A stretch of 64,000 bases of DNA from the human T2T-CHM13v2.0 reference genome, Homo sapiens. The stretch is taken from NCBI RefSeq assembly GCF_009914755.1, contig NC_060943.1, one strand, 5' to 3'. The stretch's first letter is position 1. Each line of letters starts with the position of its first letter. Shown here piece by piece: positions 1-21,630 of the stretch. Below the pieces are notes generated by a model. That model made no database searches and had not been told where the DNA came from. It saw only the letters and a program-made list of their open reading frames with translations. Made by a program: the position numbers and the translations under genes.

Positions 1-170
1 TGGGCTTGAGCAGGGGGTGCAGGGGCGAGGGTGTGTGTGGGGAAGGGGTGTGGGGTGAGGAGGGAGGGGAGTGTCCTAAGAATCAATTTAGTGTCATGCC
101 TCTTTCATCACCACCACCACTGAAGATGAAACCAACAATAAACTAAATAACTGCATTCTCATCTATAGCC
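1..170 (+). other. rDNA intergenic spacer (long-repeat-like) relic, runs off the window start
   Basis: GTGTCCTAAGAATCAATTTAGTGTCATGCCTCTTTCATCACCACCACCACTGAAGATGAAA...CTAAATAACTGCATTCTCATCTA resembles the human rDNA IGS motif GATTTAGTGTCATGCCTCTTTCACCACCACCACCGAAGATGA...CTAAATACCGCGTGTTCTCATCTAG (recalled, not aligned). Orientation is less certain than identity. Confidence 0.6.
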
Positions 171-289
171 TTCCACCTGCTTGGGCGGTCCGAACTGGAG
201 TTGTGATTTTTTTCCCCCTTCGCTCCTGAGGCCTCCCTCTGTAGGAAAGTTTCACCCTGGCTGGGTCTCAACCAGTGGACTTCGTGGTT

Positions 290-480
290 TGGGTGAATGA
301 GGGCAGCACCCCTGCTTGGTGTCCAGCCACTCTGGTTCCCGCCTCCTCCTCCTACACCATGGAGGGCTCATCCTCGGGCTGGGATGGGGTTCTGGGAGCA
401 TGTTGGGGACAGCTGAGGCAGTCCTTTACCAGGGGTGGCCGCGTGGGCCCAGGGGCGGGGTGGGGGGGGGGCTTTCTGAG
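290..480 (+). pseudogene. Degenerate 45S rDNA 3' external transcribed spacer (3'ETS) fragment
   Basis: GGTTCCCGCCTCCTCC...GGGCTCATCCTCGGGCTGGGATGGGGTTCTGGGAGCATG...GGGGTGGCCGCGTGGGCCC is colinear with the recalled human 3'ETS (GGTTCCCGCCTCCTCCCC...GGCTCGTCCGCTCCGGGCCGGGACGGGGTCCGGGGAGCGTG...GGTTGGCCGCGCGGGCCC), and many differences are CpG decay. No 28S sequence precedes it in the window. Confidence 0.75.
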
Positions 481-659
481 TTCCAGATCTCCTCTGCACT
501 GCGGCAGGGTGTGGGCACACTGGGACTTGGGCCACTCTTGTGCACCCTTCCTCCACTTTCTGTTGCCCAGGTCTACCAGGGTGGGGGAAGGGAGCGATGG
601 GGAGGTCCCGTATGACTTCTGGTCCCAAGTGTCCCACTACCCTCCACCCTCAGCATCCG

Positions 660-1621
660 GCCTGCTGGCCGCTCCTCTGTCAGGTCTCCGGGTCAACTAG
701 ATGTCGGCCACGAACGCCAGACTTAGCCTCCGGCTCGCCATGTTTGAGGTCGACCAGCAGGCCCTCTCACCGGAGTGAGCTGTAAGGAGGGATGCTCAGT
801 GAACCAATCAAGACGTGGGCCACGGAGGTCAGCAGGGCTCTGGGCAATTCATGGTCCTGACCTGGCAAGCACCACTCTGGGACCTGAGCGTTGCAAACCC
901 ATCTACACCCGTCCAACCTGTGTTGGCCGGCGCTCCTCGCTCGCTCAGGCCTCCGGGTTGACAAGAGTTCAGCCGTGAGCGCCTGGTTTAGCCGCCAGCT
1001 TGCAGTGTCGGAGGTCAAACAGCAAGCCCTCCCCCGGAGTAAGCAGTGAGAAGGGAAGCCCGGCGGACCGAGTGCAACACGGGCTGCAGCGGGGAGCTGG
1101 GTTCGGGACGGGTCAGAGTCCTGACCATGCTGGTATGGCTCCAGGCCCTGAGCATCCCACACCCAGCCACCATCGATGGACTGGCCATTCCTCAGTCACT
1201 GAGGCCTCCGGGTCAACCAGATGCCAGCCACGCCTGACTTAGCCGCTGGCTTGCTGTGTCCGAGGTCGACCAGCAGGTCTTCTCATCAGAGCACTGGGGA
1301 GGGAAGCCCACTGGACCAAGTGAGATGCCCTTTGAGGGGTGAGCCAGGCTCAGGATGGGTCAGGGTCTTGAAAGTCCTGGCCCCGAGTGTCCCACACCCG
1401 GCCACCCTCACCCACCAGCTGCTCCTCACTCCCTCGGGCCTCTGGGTCATCACGATGTTGACTGCCAGCACCGTACATGGCCACTGGCTCACCTTGTCTG
1501 AGGTCGACCAGCAGGCCCTTTCACAGGAGCTGCAGTGGGGAGGGAAGCTTGCTCTGGACCCTGTGTGGAACAGCTGTCAGCCGCGGGTGCCATACTTAGC
1601 CACTGGCCCGTGTCTGAGGTC
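660..1621 (+). terminator. rDNA Pol I terminator repeats (~255-bp period) with paired Sal boxes
   Basis: Exact AGGTCGACCAG at 747-757, 1263-1273 and 1501-1511. Degenerate boxes GGGTCAACTAG 690-700, GGGTTGACAAG 955-965, AGGTCAAACAG 1012-1022, GGGTCAACCAG 1210-1220. Truncated box at 1617-1621. The spacer GACTTAGCC..GC..GTGTC between boxes matches the recalled human terminator repeat. Confidence 0.8.
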
Positions 1622-2360
1622 ATTTTAAGGGCGAGACTCCTGGTCTAACTCAGGTATTGTAAGGGGAGAGACACCTGGCCAACCTCAGGCATTCTAATGG
1701 GAAAGATGCCTGGACCACCACAGCCATTATAAGGGGAGGGTTTCCTAGATGAACTCAGGCATTCTGAAGTGAGAGTCTCCTGGCTGACCTCAGGCATTGA
1801 GTGGTGAGATACCTGGACTACCTCAGAAATTCTAAGGGGAGAGTCTCCTGGTTGACGTCAGGCATTCTAACAGTAGAGACTACTGGCTGACCTCAGGCAT
1901 TCTGTGGGGAGCGACTCCTGGCCAACCTCAAGCATTCTAAGAGGATAGTCTTCTGGCCGACCTCAAGCATTCCAATGGGAGAGACACCAGGCCAGCCTCA
2001 GGTATTCTAAAAGGAGTGATTCTGGGTCAACCTCAGGCATTCTGAGAAGAGGGTCTACTGGCCAATCTCAGGCATTCTATGTGGAGAGAAACATGGCTGA
2101 CCTTAGGAATTATAAGGGGAGAGAAATCTGGCCAACATTAAGAATTCTAGTGGAAGAAACGCCTGACCAATCTTAGGCATTTTAATTGGAGAGACATCTG
2201 TACGAACTTATTCATTCTAAAAAGAGAGACCCCTGGCTGACCACATTCTTTCTCATGAAACACCTGGCCGACCTCAGACATTCTATGGGGAGAGTCTCAT
2301 GGCCGACCACATGCATTCTAATAAAGTAGACACGTGGACCACTTCAAGAATTCCACTGGG
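1621..2360. repeat. 35-bp tandem satellite, block 1 (consensus ~CCTCAGGCATTCTAAKGGGAGAGACWCCTGGCCGA)
   Basis: Direct tandem repetition is visible. The family name is unverified; it may correspond to a catalogued ~35-bp human satellite such as HSAT4. Confidence 0.95.
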
Positions 2361-3384
2361 GACACACTGTTCCAAGATGGATGAATAGGAACAGCTCCGG
2401 TCTGCAGCTCCCAGCATGATTGACACAGAAGACAAGTGATCTCTGCATTTCCAACTGAGGTACCTGGTTCATCTCATTGGTACTGGTTGGACAGTGGGTA
2501 CAGCCCACGGAGGGCAAGTCAAAGCAGCTTGGGGCATCGCCTCACCCATGAAATGCAAGGGCCTGGGAGATTTCCCTTTCCTAGCCAAGGGAAGCCATGA
2601 CAGACTATACCGGGAAAATCAGGACACTGCCACCTAAATACTGTACTTTTCCAACAGTCTTAGCAAATGACACACCAGGAGATTACATCCTGTGCCTGGC
2701 GCAGGAGGTCCCACACCCAAGGAGCCTTGCTCACTGCTAGTGCAGCAGTCCCAGATCGAACTGCAAGGCAGCAAGCCTGGCTGGGGGAGGGGCTTCTGAC
2801 ATTGCTGAGGCTTGAGTAGGTAAACAAAGCAGCCGAGAAGCTCGAACTGGGTGGAGCCCACCACAGGTCAGTGAGGCCTGCCTGCCTCTGTAGACTCCAT
2901 CTCTGGGGGCAGGGCATAGCTGAACAAAAGGCAGCAGAAACATCTGCAGACTTAAACATCACTGTCTGACAGCTCCGAAGAGAGCAGTGGTTCCCCAGCA
3001 TGGCGTCTGAGCTCTGAGAACTGACAGACTGCCTCCTCAAGTGGGTCCCTGACCCCCATGTAGCCTAACTTGGAGACACCACCCAGTAGGGGCCAAGTGA
3101 TACCTCATACAGCTGGGTGCCCCTCTGGAATGAAGCTTCCAGAGCAAGGATCAGGTAGCAATATTTGCTGTTCTGCAGCCTCCACTGGTGATACCCAGGC
3201 AAACAGGTTCTGGAGTGGACCTCCAGCAAACTCCAACAAACCTGCAGCTGAGGGACATGACTGCTAGAAGGAAAACTAACAAAGAGAAAGGAACAGCATC
3301 AACATCAACAAAAACGACATCTACACCAAAACCCCATCTGTTGGTCACCATCATCAAAGACCAAAGGTAGATAAAACCACAAAG

Positions 3385-4404
3385 ATGGGGAGAAACCAGA
3401 ACAGACAAGCTGAAAATTCTAAAAACCAGAGTACCCCTTCTCCTCCAAAGGATTGCAGCTCCTCGCCAGCAATGGAACAAAGCTGGACAGAGAATAACTT
3501 TGACGAGTTGACAGAAGTAGGCTTCAGAATGTCAGTAATAACAAACTTCTCTGAGCTAAAGGAGGATGTTTGAACCTATTGCAAGGAAGCTACAAACCTA
3601 GAAAAAAGATTAGATGAATGGCTAACTAGATTAAACAGTGTACAGAAGACCTTAGATGACCTGATGGCACTGAAAACCATGGCACAAGAACTATGTGATG
3701 CATGCACAAGCTTCAGTAGCCGATTTGAACAAGTGGAAGAAACGGTATCAGTGATTGAAGATCAAACTAATGAAATGAAGTGAGAAGTTTAGAGAAAAAA
3801 AGAGTAAAAAGAAATGAACAAAGCCTCCAAGAAATATGGATTATGTGAAAAGACCAAATCTATGTTTGATTGGTGTACCTGAAAGTGACAGGGAGAAGGA
3901 ACCAAGCTGGAAAACATTCTTCAGGATATCATCCAGGAGAACTTCCCCAACCTAGCAAGACAGGCCAACATTCAAATTCAGGAAACACAGAAAATGCCAC
4001 AAAGATACTCCTTGAGAAGAGTAACTCCAAGACACATAATTGCCAGATTCACCAAAGTTAAAATGAAGGAAAAAATGTTAAGGGCAGCCAGAGAGAAATG
4101 TCGAGTTACCCACAAAGGGAAGCCCATCAGACTAACAGCTGATCTCTCAGCAGAAACTGTACAAGCCAGAAGAGAGTGGGGGCCAATATTCAACATTCTT
4201 AAAGAAAATAATTTTTAACCCAGAATTTCATATCCAGCCAAACTAAGCTTCATAAGTGAAGGAGAAATAAAATCCTTTACAGACAAACAAATACTGAGAG
4301 ATTTTTTCACCACCAGGCCTGCCTTACAAGAGCTCCTGAAGGAAGCACTAAACATGGAAAGAATCAACTGGTACCAGCCACTGCAAAAACATGCCAAATT
4401 GTAA
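3385..4404 (+). pseudogene. L1 ORF1p remnant
   Basis: Fragments MGRNQNRQAENSKNQS... and ...PRHIIARFTKVKMKEKMLRAAREK...; interrupted by stop codons. Confidence 0.9.
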
Positions 4405-4467
4405 ATACCATCTATGCTAGGAAGAAACTGCATCAACTAATGGACAAAATAGCCAGCTAACATCATA

Positions 4468-8270
<3,803 letters not shown>

Positions 8271-8531
8271 CAATGAGAACACTTGGACACAAGGCAGGGA
8301 ACATCACACACTGGGTCCTGTCGTGGAGTGGGAGTTGGAGGAGGGATAGCATTAGGAGGAATACCTAATGTAAATGGTGAGTTAATGGGTGCAAGAAACG
8401 AACACGGCACAATTATACAAGCACATGTATACATATGTAACAAATCTGCACGTTGTGCAAATGTACTCTAGAACTTAAAGTATAATTTAAAAAAAGAGGG
8501 AGAGAAAAAAAGAAAGTTACTCTGAAAAAAA

Positions 8532-11500
8532 AAGAATTCCATTGGGAGATCATCATGGCTGACCACAGACATTCTAATGGGAGAGATACCTGGCCAACTG
8601 CAGGCATTCTAACAGGGGAGACACCTAACTGAACTCAGGCATTCTAAAGGGAGAAAAACCTGGCCAGCCACATTCATTCTAACAGGAGTGACACCTGGCC
8701 GACCTCAGGCATTCTGGGAGAGAGACATTTGGCCGACCTCATTTATTCTAAACAGAAAGACGTGTGGCCGACTTTAGGAATTTTAACAAAAGAGACACCT
8801 GGCCTACCTCAGGCATTATAACACAAGAGACACTCCTGGCTGACCTCAGGCATTCTAATGAGAGTGACACCTGGCTGACCTCATTCATTTTACCTGGAGA
8901 GACTCCTGGCCAAATTTGGGCATTCTAATGGGAAAGACACCTTGCTGATCTCTGGCATTCTAATGGGAGAGACAGCTGGCGGCTTCATTCTAACAGGAGA
9001 GACACCTGGCCAACCACAAACATTCTAAGGAGAGAGACACCTGGCCAACCTCAGGCATTTTAACAAGAGAGACAACTGGTCGACCTCAGGCATTCCAAGA
9101 GGAGGATCTCTTGGCTGTACTCAGGCATTCTGATTGGAGAGACTCCTGGCCGATCTCAGGAATTCTAATAGAAGAGACACCAGGCTGACCTCATTCATTC
9201 TAATGGGATTAACTCCTGCCCAACCTCAGGCATTCTAACAGAGAAACCTGGGCAACCGCAGGCATTCTAAGGGGAGAGCCTCCTGGCTAACCTCAGGCAT
9301 TCTATGGGAAGAGACCCCTGGCAGAACTCAAGCATTCTAATGGAAAAGACTCCTTGTCAACCTCAGGCATTCTAAAAGGAGAGTCTCCTGGTTGTCCTCA
9401 GGCATTCTAACTGGAGAGACGACTGGCCGACCTCAGGAAGTCTTGGGAGAGACTTCCTGCTGACTTCAGACATTCTAATGGGAGAGAATCCTGGCTGACC
9501 TCAGGCATCCTAAGGGAAGAGACACCTGGCCGACCTCAGGCATTGTAATGGGAGAGACACCTGGCTAACCTCAGGCATTCTAAGGGAAGGGACTCCTGGC
9601 TGACCTCAAGAATTCTGAGTGGAGAAACATCTGCCCTACATCTGGCATTCTAAAGGGAGGGACTCCTGGCCGACCTCAGGCATTCTAACGATAGACTCCT
9701 GGCTGACCTGAGACATTCTGAGAGGAGAGACTCCTGGCCGAGCTCAGGCATTCTAAGGGGAGAGACTCCTGACCGACCTCAGGTATTCTGAGTGGAGAGA
9801 CACATGTCATATATCAGGCATTCTAAGGGGAGAATCTCCTGGTAAATCTCAGGCATTCTAATGGTAGAGACTCCTGGCTAACCTCAGACATTCTGAAGTG
9901 AGAGACTCCTGGCCGACCTCAGACATTCTAATGGGAGAGACACCTAGCTGACCTCGGGCATTCTAAGGGGAGAGACATCTGGCCAACCTGATTCATTCTA
10001 ATGGTAGAGACACCTGGCCGAACACAGGCATTCTAAGGGGAGAGCCACCTGGCCGACCACAGGCATTTTAAGGAGAAAGATACCTGGCCGACCTCAGGCA
10101 TTCTAACGAGTGTGTCTCCTGGCCGACCTCAGGCATTCTGACGAGGGACAACTGGCCAACCTCAGGGATTCCAACAGGGCAGACACAACGTTGACGTCAT
10201 TCATCCTAACTGGTGAAACTCCTGTCAAACCTCAGGCATTCTAATGAAAGAGACACCTGGCCAACCTCAGACATTCTAACACAAGAGACACTTGGCCAAC
10301 CTTAGGCATTCTAAGGGGAGAGTCTCCTGGCCAATCCCAGGCACTTGAGAGAAACAGCTGGCTGACCTCAGGCATTCTAATGGGAGTGAGTCCTAGCTGA
10401 CCTCAGGCATTCTAAGAAGACATGCTCCTGGCCGAATTCAGGCATTGAAATGGGAGAGATTCCTGGCTGTCCTCCGGTATGCTAAGGGGAGAAAGACCTG
10501 GCTGACCTCAGGCATTCTAAGGGGAGAAACACCCGGCTGACATCAGGCATTCTAACGGGAGAGACATCTGGCTGAACTCAAGGATTCTAATGGGAGAGAC
10601 AGCTGGCCAATCTCTGACATTCAAACAGGAGGATCTCCTGTCCGACCTCACACATTCTGAGTTGAGAGATACCTGACCAACCTCAGGTCTTCTAAAGAAA
10701 GAGACACCTGGCCGACCTCAAGCATTCTAATGGGAGAGACACCTGGCCAACCTCATTCATTCTACTGGAAGAGATACCTGGCCAACCTCAGGCATTCTAA
10801 GAGGAGAGATACCTGGCCGACCTGTTCATACTAAGAGGAGAGATTCCTGGCTTACCACAACCATTCTCACAGGAGAGTCCTGGCCGATCTCAGGCATTCT
10901 AATGGGAGAAACTCCTGGTTGAATTCAGGCTTTCTAATGGGGAGACATCAAGCCAACTTCATTCTTTGTAATGGCAGATACACCTGGCCGATCTCAAACA
11001 TTCTAGTGAAAGAGACACCTGGCTGACCTCAGGCATTGTAAGGGGAGGGGTCCCTGGCCGACATCAGGTATTCTGAGTGGAAAGACACCTGCCCTATCTC
11101 AGGCATTCTAAGGGGAGTCTCCTGGTCGACCACAGGCATTCTAACCATAGAGAGTCTTTGTCGACCTCAGGCATTCTGAGAGGAGAGTCTCCTGGCCAAT
11201 CTGATTCATTCTGATGGGACAGACACCTGTCTGACCACAGATATTCTAAGGGGAGAAACACTGGCCAAACACAGGCATTCTAATGAGAAAGACACCTGGC
11301 CAACCTCAGGCATTCAAAGGGAGAGTCTCCTGGTGGACCTCATTCATTTTGATGGGAGAGACACCAGGCTGACCTCATTTATCTTAATGGTAGGCACCTG
11401 TCCGACCATCGTCATTCTAATGGGAGAGACTCCTGGCCGACCTCAGGCATTCTAACATGAGACACCTGGCCGACCTCAGGCATTCTAAAGGGAGTGTCTC

Positions 11501-12112
11501 CTAGGCGATCACAGCCATTCTATGGGTAGAGACACCTGGTCTACCTCAGGGATTCTAATGAGAGAAACAACTGGCCAACCTCAGGTTTTCTAACAGAGAC
11601 TCTTGGCCAACTTCGGGCATTCAAAAGATTGAGACTACTGGCCAACCTCAGGCATTCTAATGGGGGAGAAATGTGGCAGACCTCAGGCATTCTAACGTGA
11701 GAGTCTTCTGGATGACCTCAGGCATTCTAAGGGGAGAGACACCTGGCCAACCTCAGGCATTATAATGGAAAGGACTCCTGGCCTAACTCAGGGATTCTAA
11801 TGGGAGAGACAGCCAGATGATCTCCATCATTCTAAGGGGAGGAACCCCTGGCTGACATCAGGCATTCTGAGGGGAGAGTCTCCTGTCCAAATTCAGGCAT
11901 TCTGAGTGGATAGACACCTGACCAACATCAGGCATCTAAGGATAGGGACACCTGGCTGAACTCAAGCATTCTAAGGGGAGAGACACCTGGTTGACCTCAT
12001 TCATTCTATTGAAAGAGATACCTGGCCAACCTCAGGTATTATAAGGGGAGAGACGCATGGCTGACCTCATCCATACTAAGAGGAAAGGCTCCTGGCTTAC
12101 CTCAAGTATTCT
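8532..12112. repeat. 35-bp tandem satellite, block 2 (~100 monomers)
   Basis: CCTCAGG recurs at 9499, 9534 and 9569 (period 35). Same monomer and orientation as block 1. Confidence 0.97.
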
Positions 12113-16487
<4,375 letters not shown>

Positions 16488-16892
16488 ATTTGTTGTCAAT
16501 ATTTGTAAAAATTACTTCCCACATAGAATTTTAGAGTGCTGGCTTTTCTTCAAAAAACAGAGAAGATCTGGGATACTCTATGCCAGTGTGAAGTAATAAG
16601 AATAAATGAATAAATTTAAAAATTAGAAAAAATCATTTGGCTGCAGCTAAGTAACATCCTTTTATTTTAGTCTGGCCATGCATTTTCCAATTCTCTAGGA
16701 CTCCCTTACTCAGTAGTGCTTTATGGCCAACTTTTTAAAAATAAATTTACCTGCTAGTATCCTGTATGCATAGGATTTATGACACTGTAATGAAATAACC
16801 AACAGTGCATCCATACAACAGTGCACCAGTTATTCATTAAACTAGGTAAAACATGTTATTATAAACATAATCTATTTATTTGCATGTCTCCG

Positions 16893-17186
<294 letters not shown>

Positions 17187-17191
17187 ATGTG

Positions 17192-17485
17192 TTTTTGAGA
17201 AAAGGTCTTGCTCTGTCACCCAGGCTGGAGTGCAGTGGCACAAACATGGCTCACTGCATTTTCAACCTCCCTGGCTCAAGCAATCCTTCCACCTCAGCCT
17301 CCTGAGTAGCTGAGAATAAAGGCATGAGATATCATGCCTGGATTATGTTATTTATTTATTTATTTTGTAGACATGGGGTCTCACTATGTTCCATAGGTTG
17401 ATCTTAAACTCCTGGGCTCAGGCAATCCTCCTGCCTTGACCTCTCAAAGTGCTGAGATTATAGGCATGACCCACCATCCCAGGCC
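17192..17485 (-). mobile_element. Alu (AluJ-like), directly adjacent to the previous Alu
   Basis: Diverged dimer with J-type TCAAGCAATCCT motifs. Confidence 0.9.
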
Positions 17486-18392
17486 TGTGTTATTGTTGTT
17501 ATTTTATGTTGCATAAAAAATCACAAAGTGAGTGGTTTGAAAAATTAGAAGTCTATTATCTCACAGGAGGCCAGGAGGCCAGGCACAGATTAACTGAGCC
17601 ATCTGCTGTTACATTTGGGATGATGGAGAATAAAAGCCATCTTTTTAAAAAAATCTTATCTGCAAGGGAAACATCCCTAATCACTAGAATGTCATATTAT
17701 TAACACAAGATTTGTTTCTATTTTAATTAGAAAACTATAGAGTATGCTTAGACCAGTAGCAAATGGCTCTTCCTTGCTGTGGTTTGGGGGACATTGGCAG
17801 GTGGTGAGTATTATTCTATTCAGGCCTCTTGCCTAACTTGGTTTTAGAAGGCATGAGGTTCTTTATGGTTCTATGTCTGTGGGTAAGGCTGCAGCTGCTG
17901 ATTATGCTAATTCTTGCTTCCTTGCAAATAGCCAACTCCTTATTTTGTGCATTGCCAGCTATCAACAGAGACATTTTAGGAATAATTTTCATGTTAAAGG
18001 CAGGCTTTGTTGTAGTGTCCTACTGTGAACTGTCCCAGCATTAGACCCATCAGAGGTTTGTGAAGAGAGCTCTGATGTTAGAACAGTGAGCACAGTACTC
18101 TGCCAATTTGCCCATTACCTCTTCTGTCTCCCCTAGCAGGAACTACTGTCTGGCTTTCTCAAGAGGAACATGAATTGCTGCTCTAATGGACTGTTCATGG
18201 ATTTGAGATCTTATTTTAGTTAGGGAGGTTGAGACTTTCATGGCTTCATAATTGATGCTTGAGAAAACATTCTTTGTAATTGGAAATTCTAACAATCTCC
18301 ATAAAGCCTGTTTTGCTGTCCCTAAGGCTTTGAATGCATTCTTGTTTGGTAATCAGAATGAAAACAAACTTTTCAAAGCAAATAATTGTGTT

Positions 18393-18701
<309 letters not shown>

Positions 18702-19642
18702 AATAATGGTGTTCTTGACCTTTATTTTGGGTTATATTCTATTTATATGTTATAATCTAAATTTAATTTTATTTGATTTTGTGGAAGAAGTAGAGAAAAT
18801 TAGTTTGCTTTTTAATTGATATTACTTTAAATGAAAAAGGAAACAAGTTAGTAAATCTAAGAGCATTTAATTTTCACTTTTTTTTCTTACCATTGTCTCT
18901 GCTTAGCCATCTTTTTAGTTATTAGATGAATTAGGATACTTTTTGCATGAGAAATACTTTGACACTCATGTATATCAATGAAAGTGTGCCTCTGCTTTTG
19001 ATTTTGGTTTACTACTTAAATTACTCTTGAATTATGCTGACAAGATCCATCTCAAGTTTCTCAAAGCATAATGTGAGGAGAGAAAAAATTCTACATGCTT
19101 GGGGTTTCCTTGAAGGAAACCACAAAATCCCTGATGCCTCAATGAACATGCAGACCTCCCAGGCTGCCTAAGCATAGAATGTTAATTCTGAACACCTAAT
19201 TTCTTCCAGATCTTTCCCTCCCCGCTTACGTGGGGCAGATATCAACATATAGTAATTTATTTAAAGAAGTATCTGCTCACTGCTATCTTTGGGTCAATGC
19301 TTGTGCTAAGCTCTGAGATTACAGGGATAGGTTAACTAGATTCCTCCTTAAATGAATTAAGACTTAGAGCAAAAAAATACAAATAAGTAATAATCGCCCT
19401 TAACTTTCTTTTGGGTGTGGTGAAAGGCAGCTGGGAAAGATCTTTAGTATCAGTGAGGGCATAGGTAAGCCTTCATTGCACACAGCATGTTGAGCAAGGG
19501 TCCCAAATGGGAATAAATGGGTGAAGAAAATTTCAGGAAAGAAAACAGATCATAGTTTAGAGAACCTGAATATTAGACTAACCTGGATTCAAATCCTGCC
19601 AGCACTGCACATTAGCTGTGTAACCAAACAAAGATCTTTACC

Positions 19643-21630
19643 ATTCAACATTTGCTGGATACAAGGTTAATATACAAAATGTAATCACTTTCCTATATAT
19701 CAGCAATAGATACCTGAAATTTGAAATTAAAACACCATAACATTTATATTAGCATCCCCCAAAATAAAATACTTGGCTAAAAATCTAACAAAGTATGTAC
19801 AAGATTTATATAAGGAGAGCCATAAAACTATGATTTAAAAAATCAAATAATTGAAGAAATTGATAGATACTACATGTTTATGGATAGAAAGATTCAATAT
19901 TGTCAAGACATTGGTTATTTCTAATTTGACATATAGACTTAACACAATTAAAATAAAAATCCCAACAAATTATTTCATGGAAATCAACAAACTGATGCTA
20001 AAGTTTACATGAAAAGGCAAAAGACCCAGGATAACCAACATTAGAAAAAATGAAAAGCCAGAGGACTGACACTACCCATGTTCAAGACTTACTATAAAAC
20101 TACAGTAACCAAAAGAGTATGGTATTCATAAAAGAAGATAAAAAGAGATTAATGCAACAGGTTATAGAGCACAGGTATAGACCCACATAAATATAATCAA
20201 GGAGCAAAGGTAATACAATGAGGAAAAGATGGTCTTTTCAGTAAATAGCACTCAAACAACAGGATATACATATGAAAAGAATCTACAAACAGGCTTTACA
20301 CTGCTTAAAATTAACTCAAAATGGATCATAAGACTAAATGTAAAATGCAAAACTGTAAAACTTCTGGGAAATAGCATAGGAAAAGAGATCTACACTACCT
20401 TGGGCATGGTGATGGCTTGTTAGATACAACACCATAGGCATGACCCATGAAAGAAACAATTGATAAGCTGGCCTTCATTATAATTTAAATCTTCTGTTCT
20501 GCCAAAGGTACTGTCAGTAGAAGGATAACACAAGCTATAGACTGGGAGAAACTATTTGCAAAAGATATATCTGATACAGTACTTCTATCTAATATATTTA
20601 AAAAATTAAAACTCAACAATAGGTAAAAAAGCTTAATTAAAAAACACAGGCAAAAGACCTGAACAGATACTTTATCAAAAATATATGTAGATGCCAAATA
20701 AGTACAAGAAAAGATGCCCCATATAATATGATATTAGAAGATTTCAAAATAAAATATCAATAAGATATGATTATACACAAATTACAATGGTCCAGATTCA
20801 GAACACTGACAACACCAAATGCTGGTAAGCACGTGGAGCAACAAGAACTCTCTTTCATTGCTGGTGACACAAAATGGTGCAACCACTTTTGAAGACAGTT
20901 TGACAGTTTCTTACAAAACCACACATAGTCTTATAAAATTCAGCAGTTGTGCCCCTTAGTACTTACCCAAATGTGTTAAAAACCTTATGCCCACCCAAAA
21001 ACCTATGCACAGATATTTATAGAAGCATAATTACCAAAACTTGAATGATGAATGAACATTATATCTAGACAATTAAATCTTATTCAGTTATTTAAAAAAA
21101 GAACTATCAAGACATGAAAAAACGTGGAAGAAACAAATACCTGTTGCTAAATGAAAGAAGCCAATCTGAAAATGCTACATACTGTATGATTTCAACTATA
21201 TGATATTCTGGAGAAGACAAAACTATAGAAACAGTGAAACAATCAGTGATTTCCAGGGGTTGAGAGGAGGGAGGGATGAATAGGTGAAGCACAAACAATT
21301 TTTAAGACAGTACAAATATTGTAATGTGTACTATACATATACTGTATTATAGTATCATACTGCATTATATTCTGTATAATAATATAATAGTGGATACATG
21401 TCGTTATACATTTGTCATTAGAATGTACAACATGAAGAGTAAATTCTAATGCAAATTATGGACTTTGGGTAATAGTAAAATGTAAATATTGATTCATTAA
21501 TTGTAACAAGCCTGCCATGCTGGAGGGAAAAGCTGTGCATCTGTGAGGGAAGGGAGGATGTGGGACATATCTGTACTTTCCGTTCAATTTTGCTGTAAAC
21601 TTAAATGGTCCTAAAAAATAAAATCTATTT
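19643..21630 (+). mobile_element. Old LINE-1 3' portion (L1MC-like)
   Basis: Degenerate ORF2 3' end (AAAATTAACTCAAAATGGATCATAAGACTAAATGTAAAA) and an L1MC-type 3'UTR ending ...CAATTTTGCTGTAAACTTAAA...AAATAAAATCTATT. Confidence 0.85.

Noticed and set aside
1-480. 28S/18S/5.8S rRNA gene
   Set aside because: Only spacer-derived sequence is recognisable; no rRNA coding sequence is in the window.
275-1628. Several 60-140 aa ORFs
   Set aside because: Chance frames in GC-rich rDNA spacer-derived repeats; no recognisable protein.
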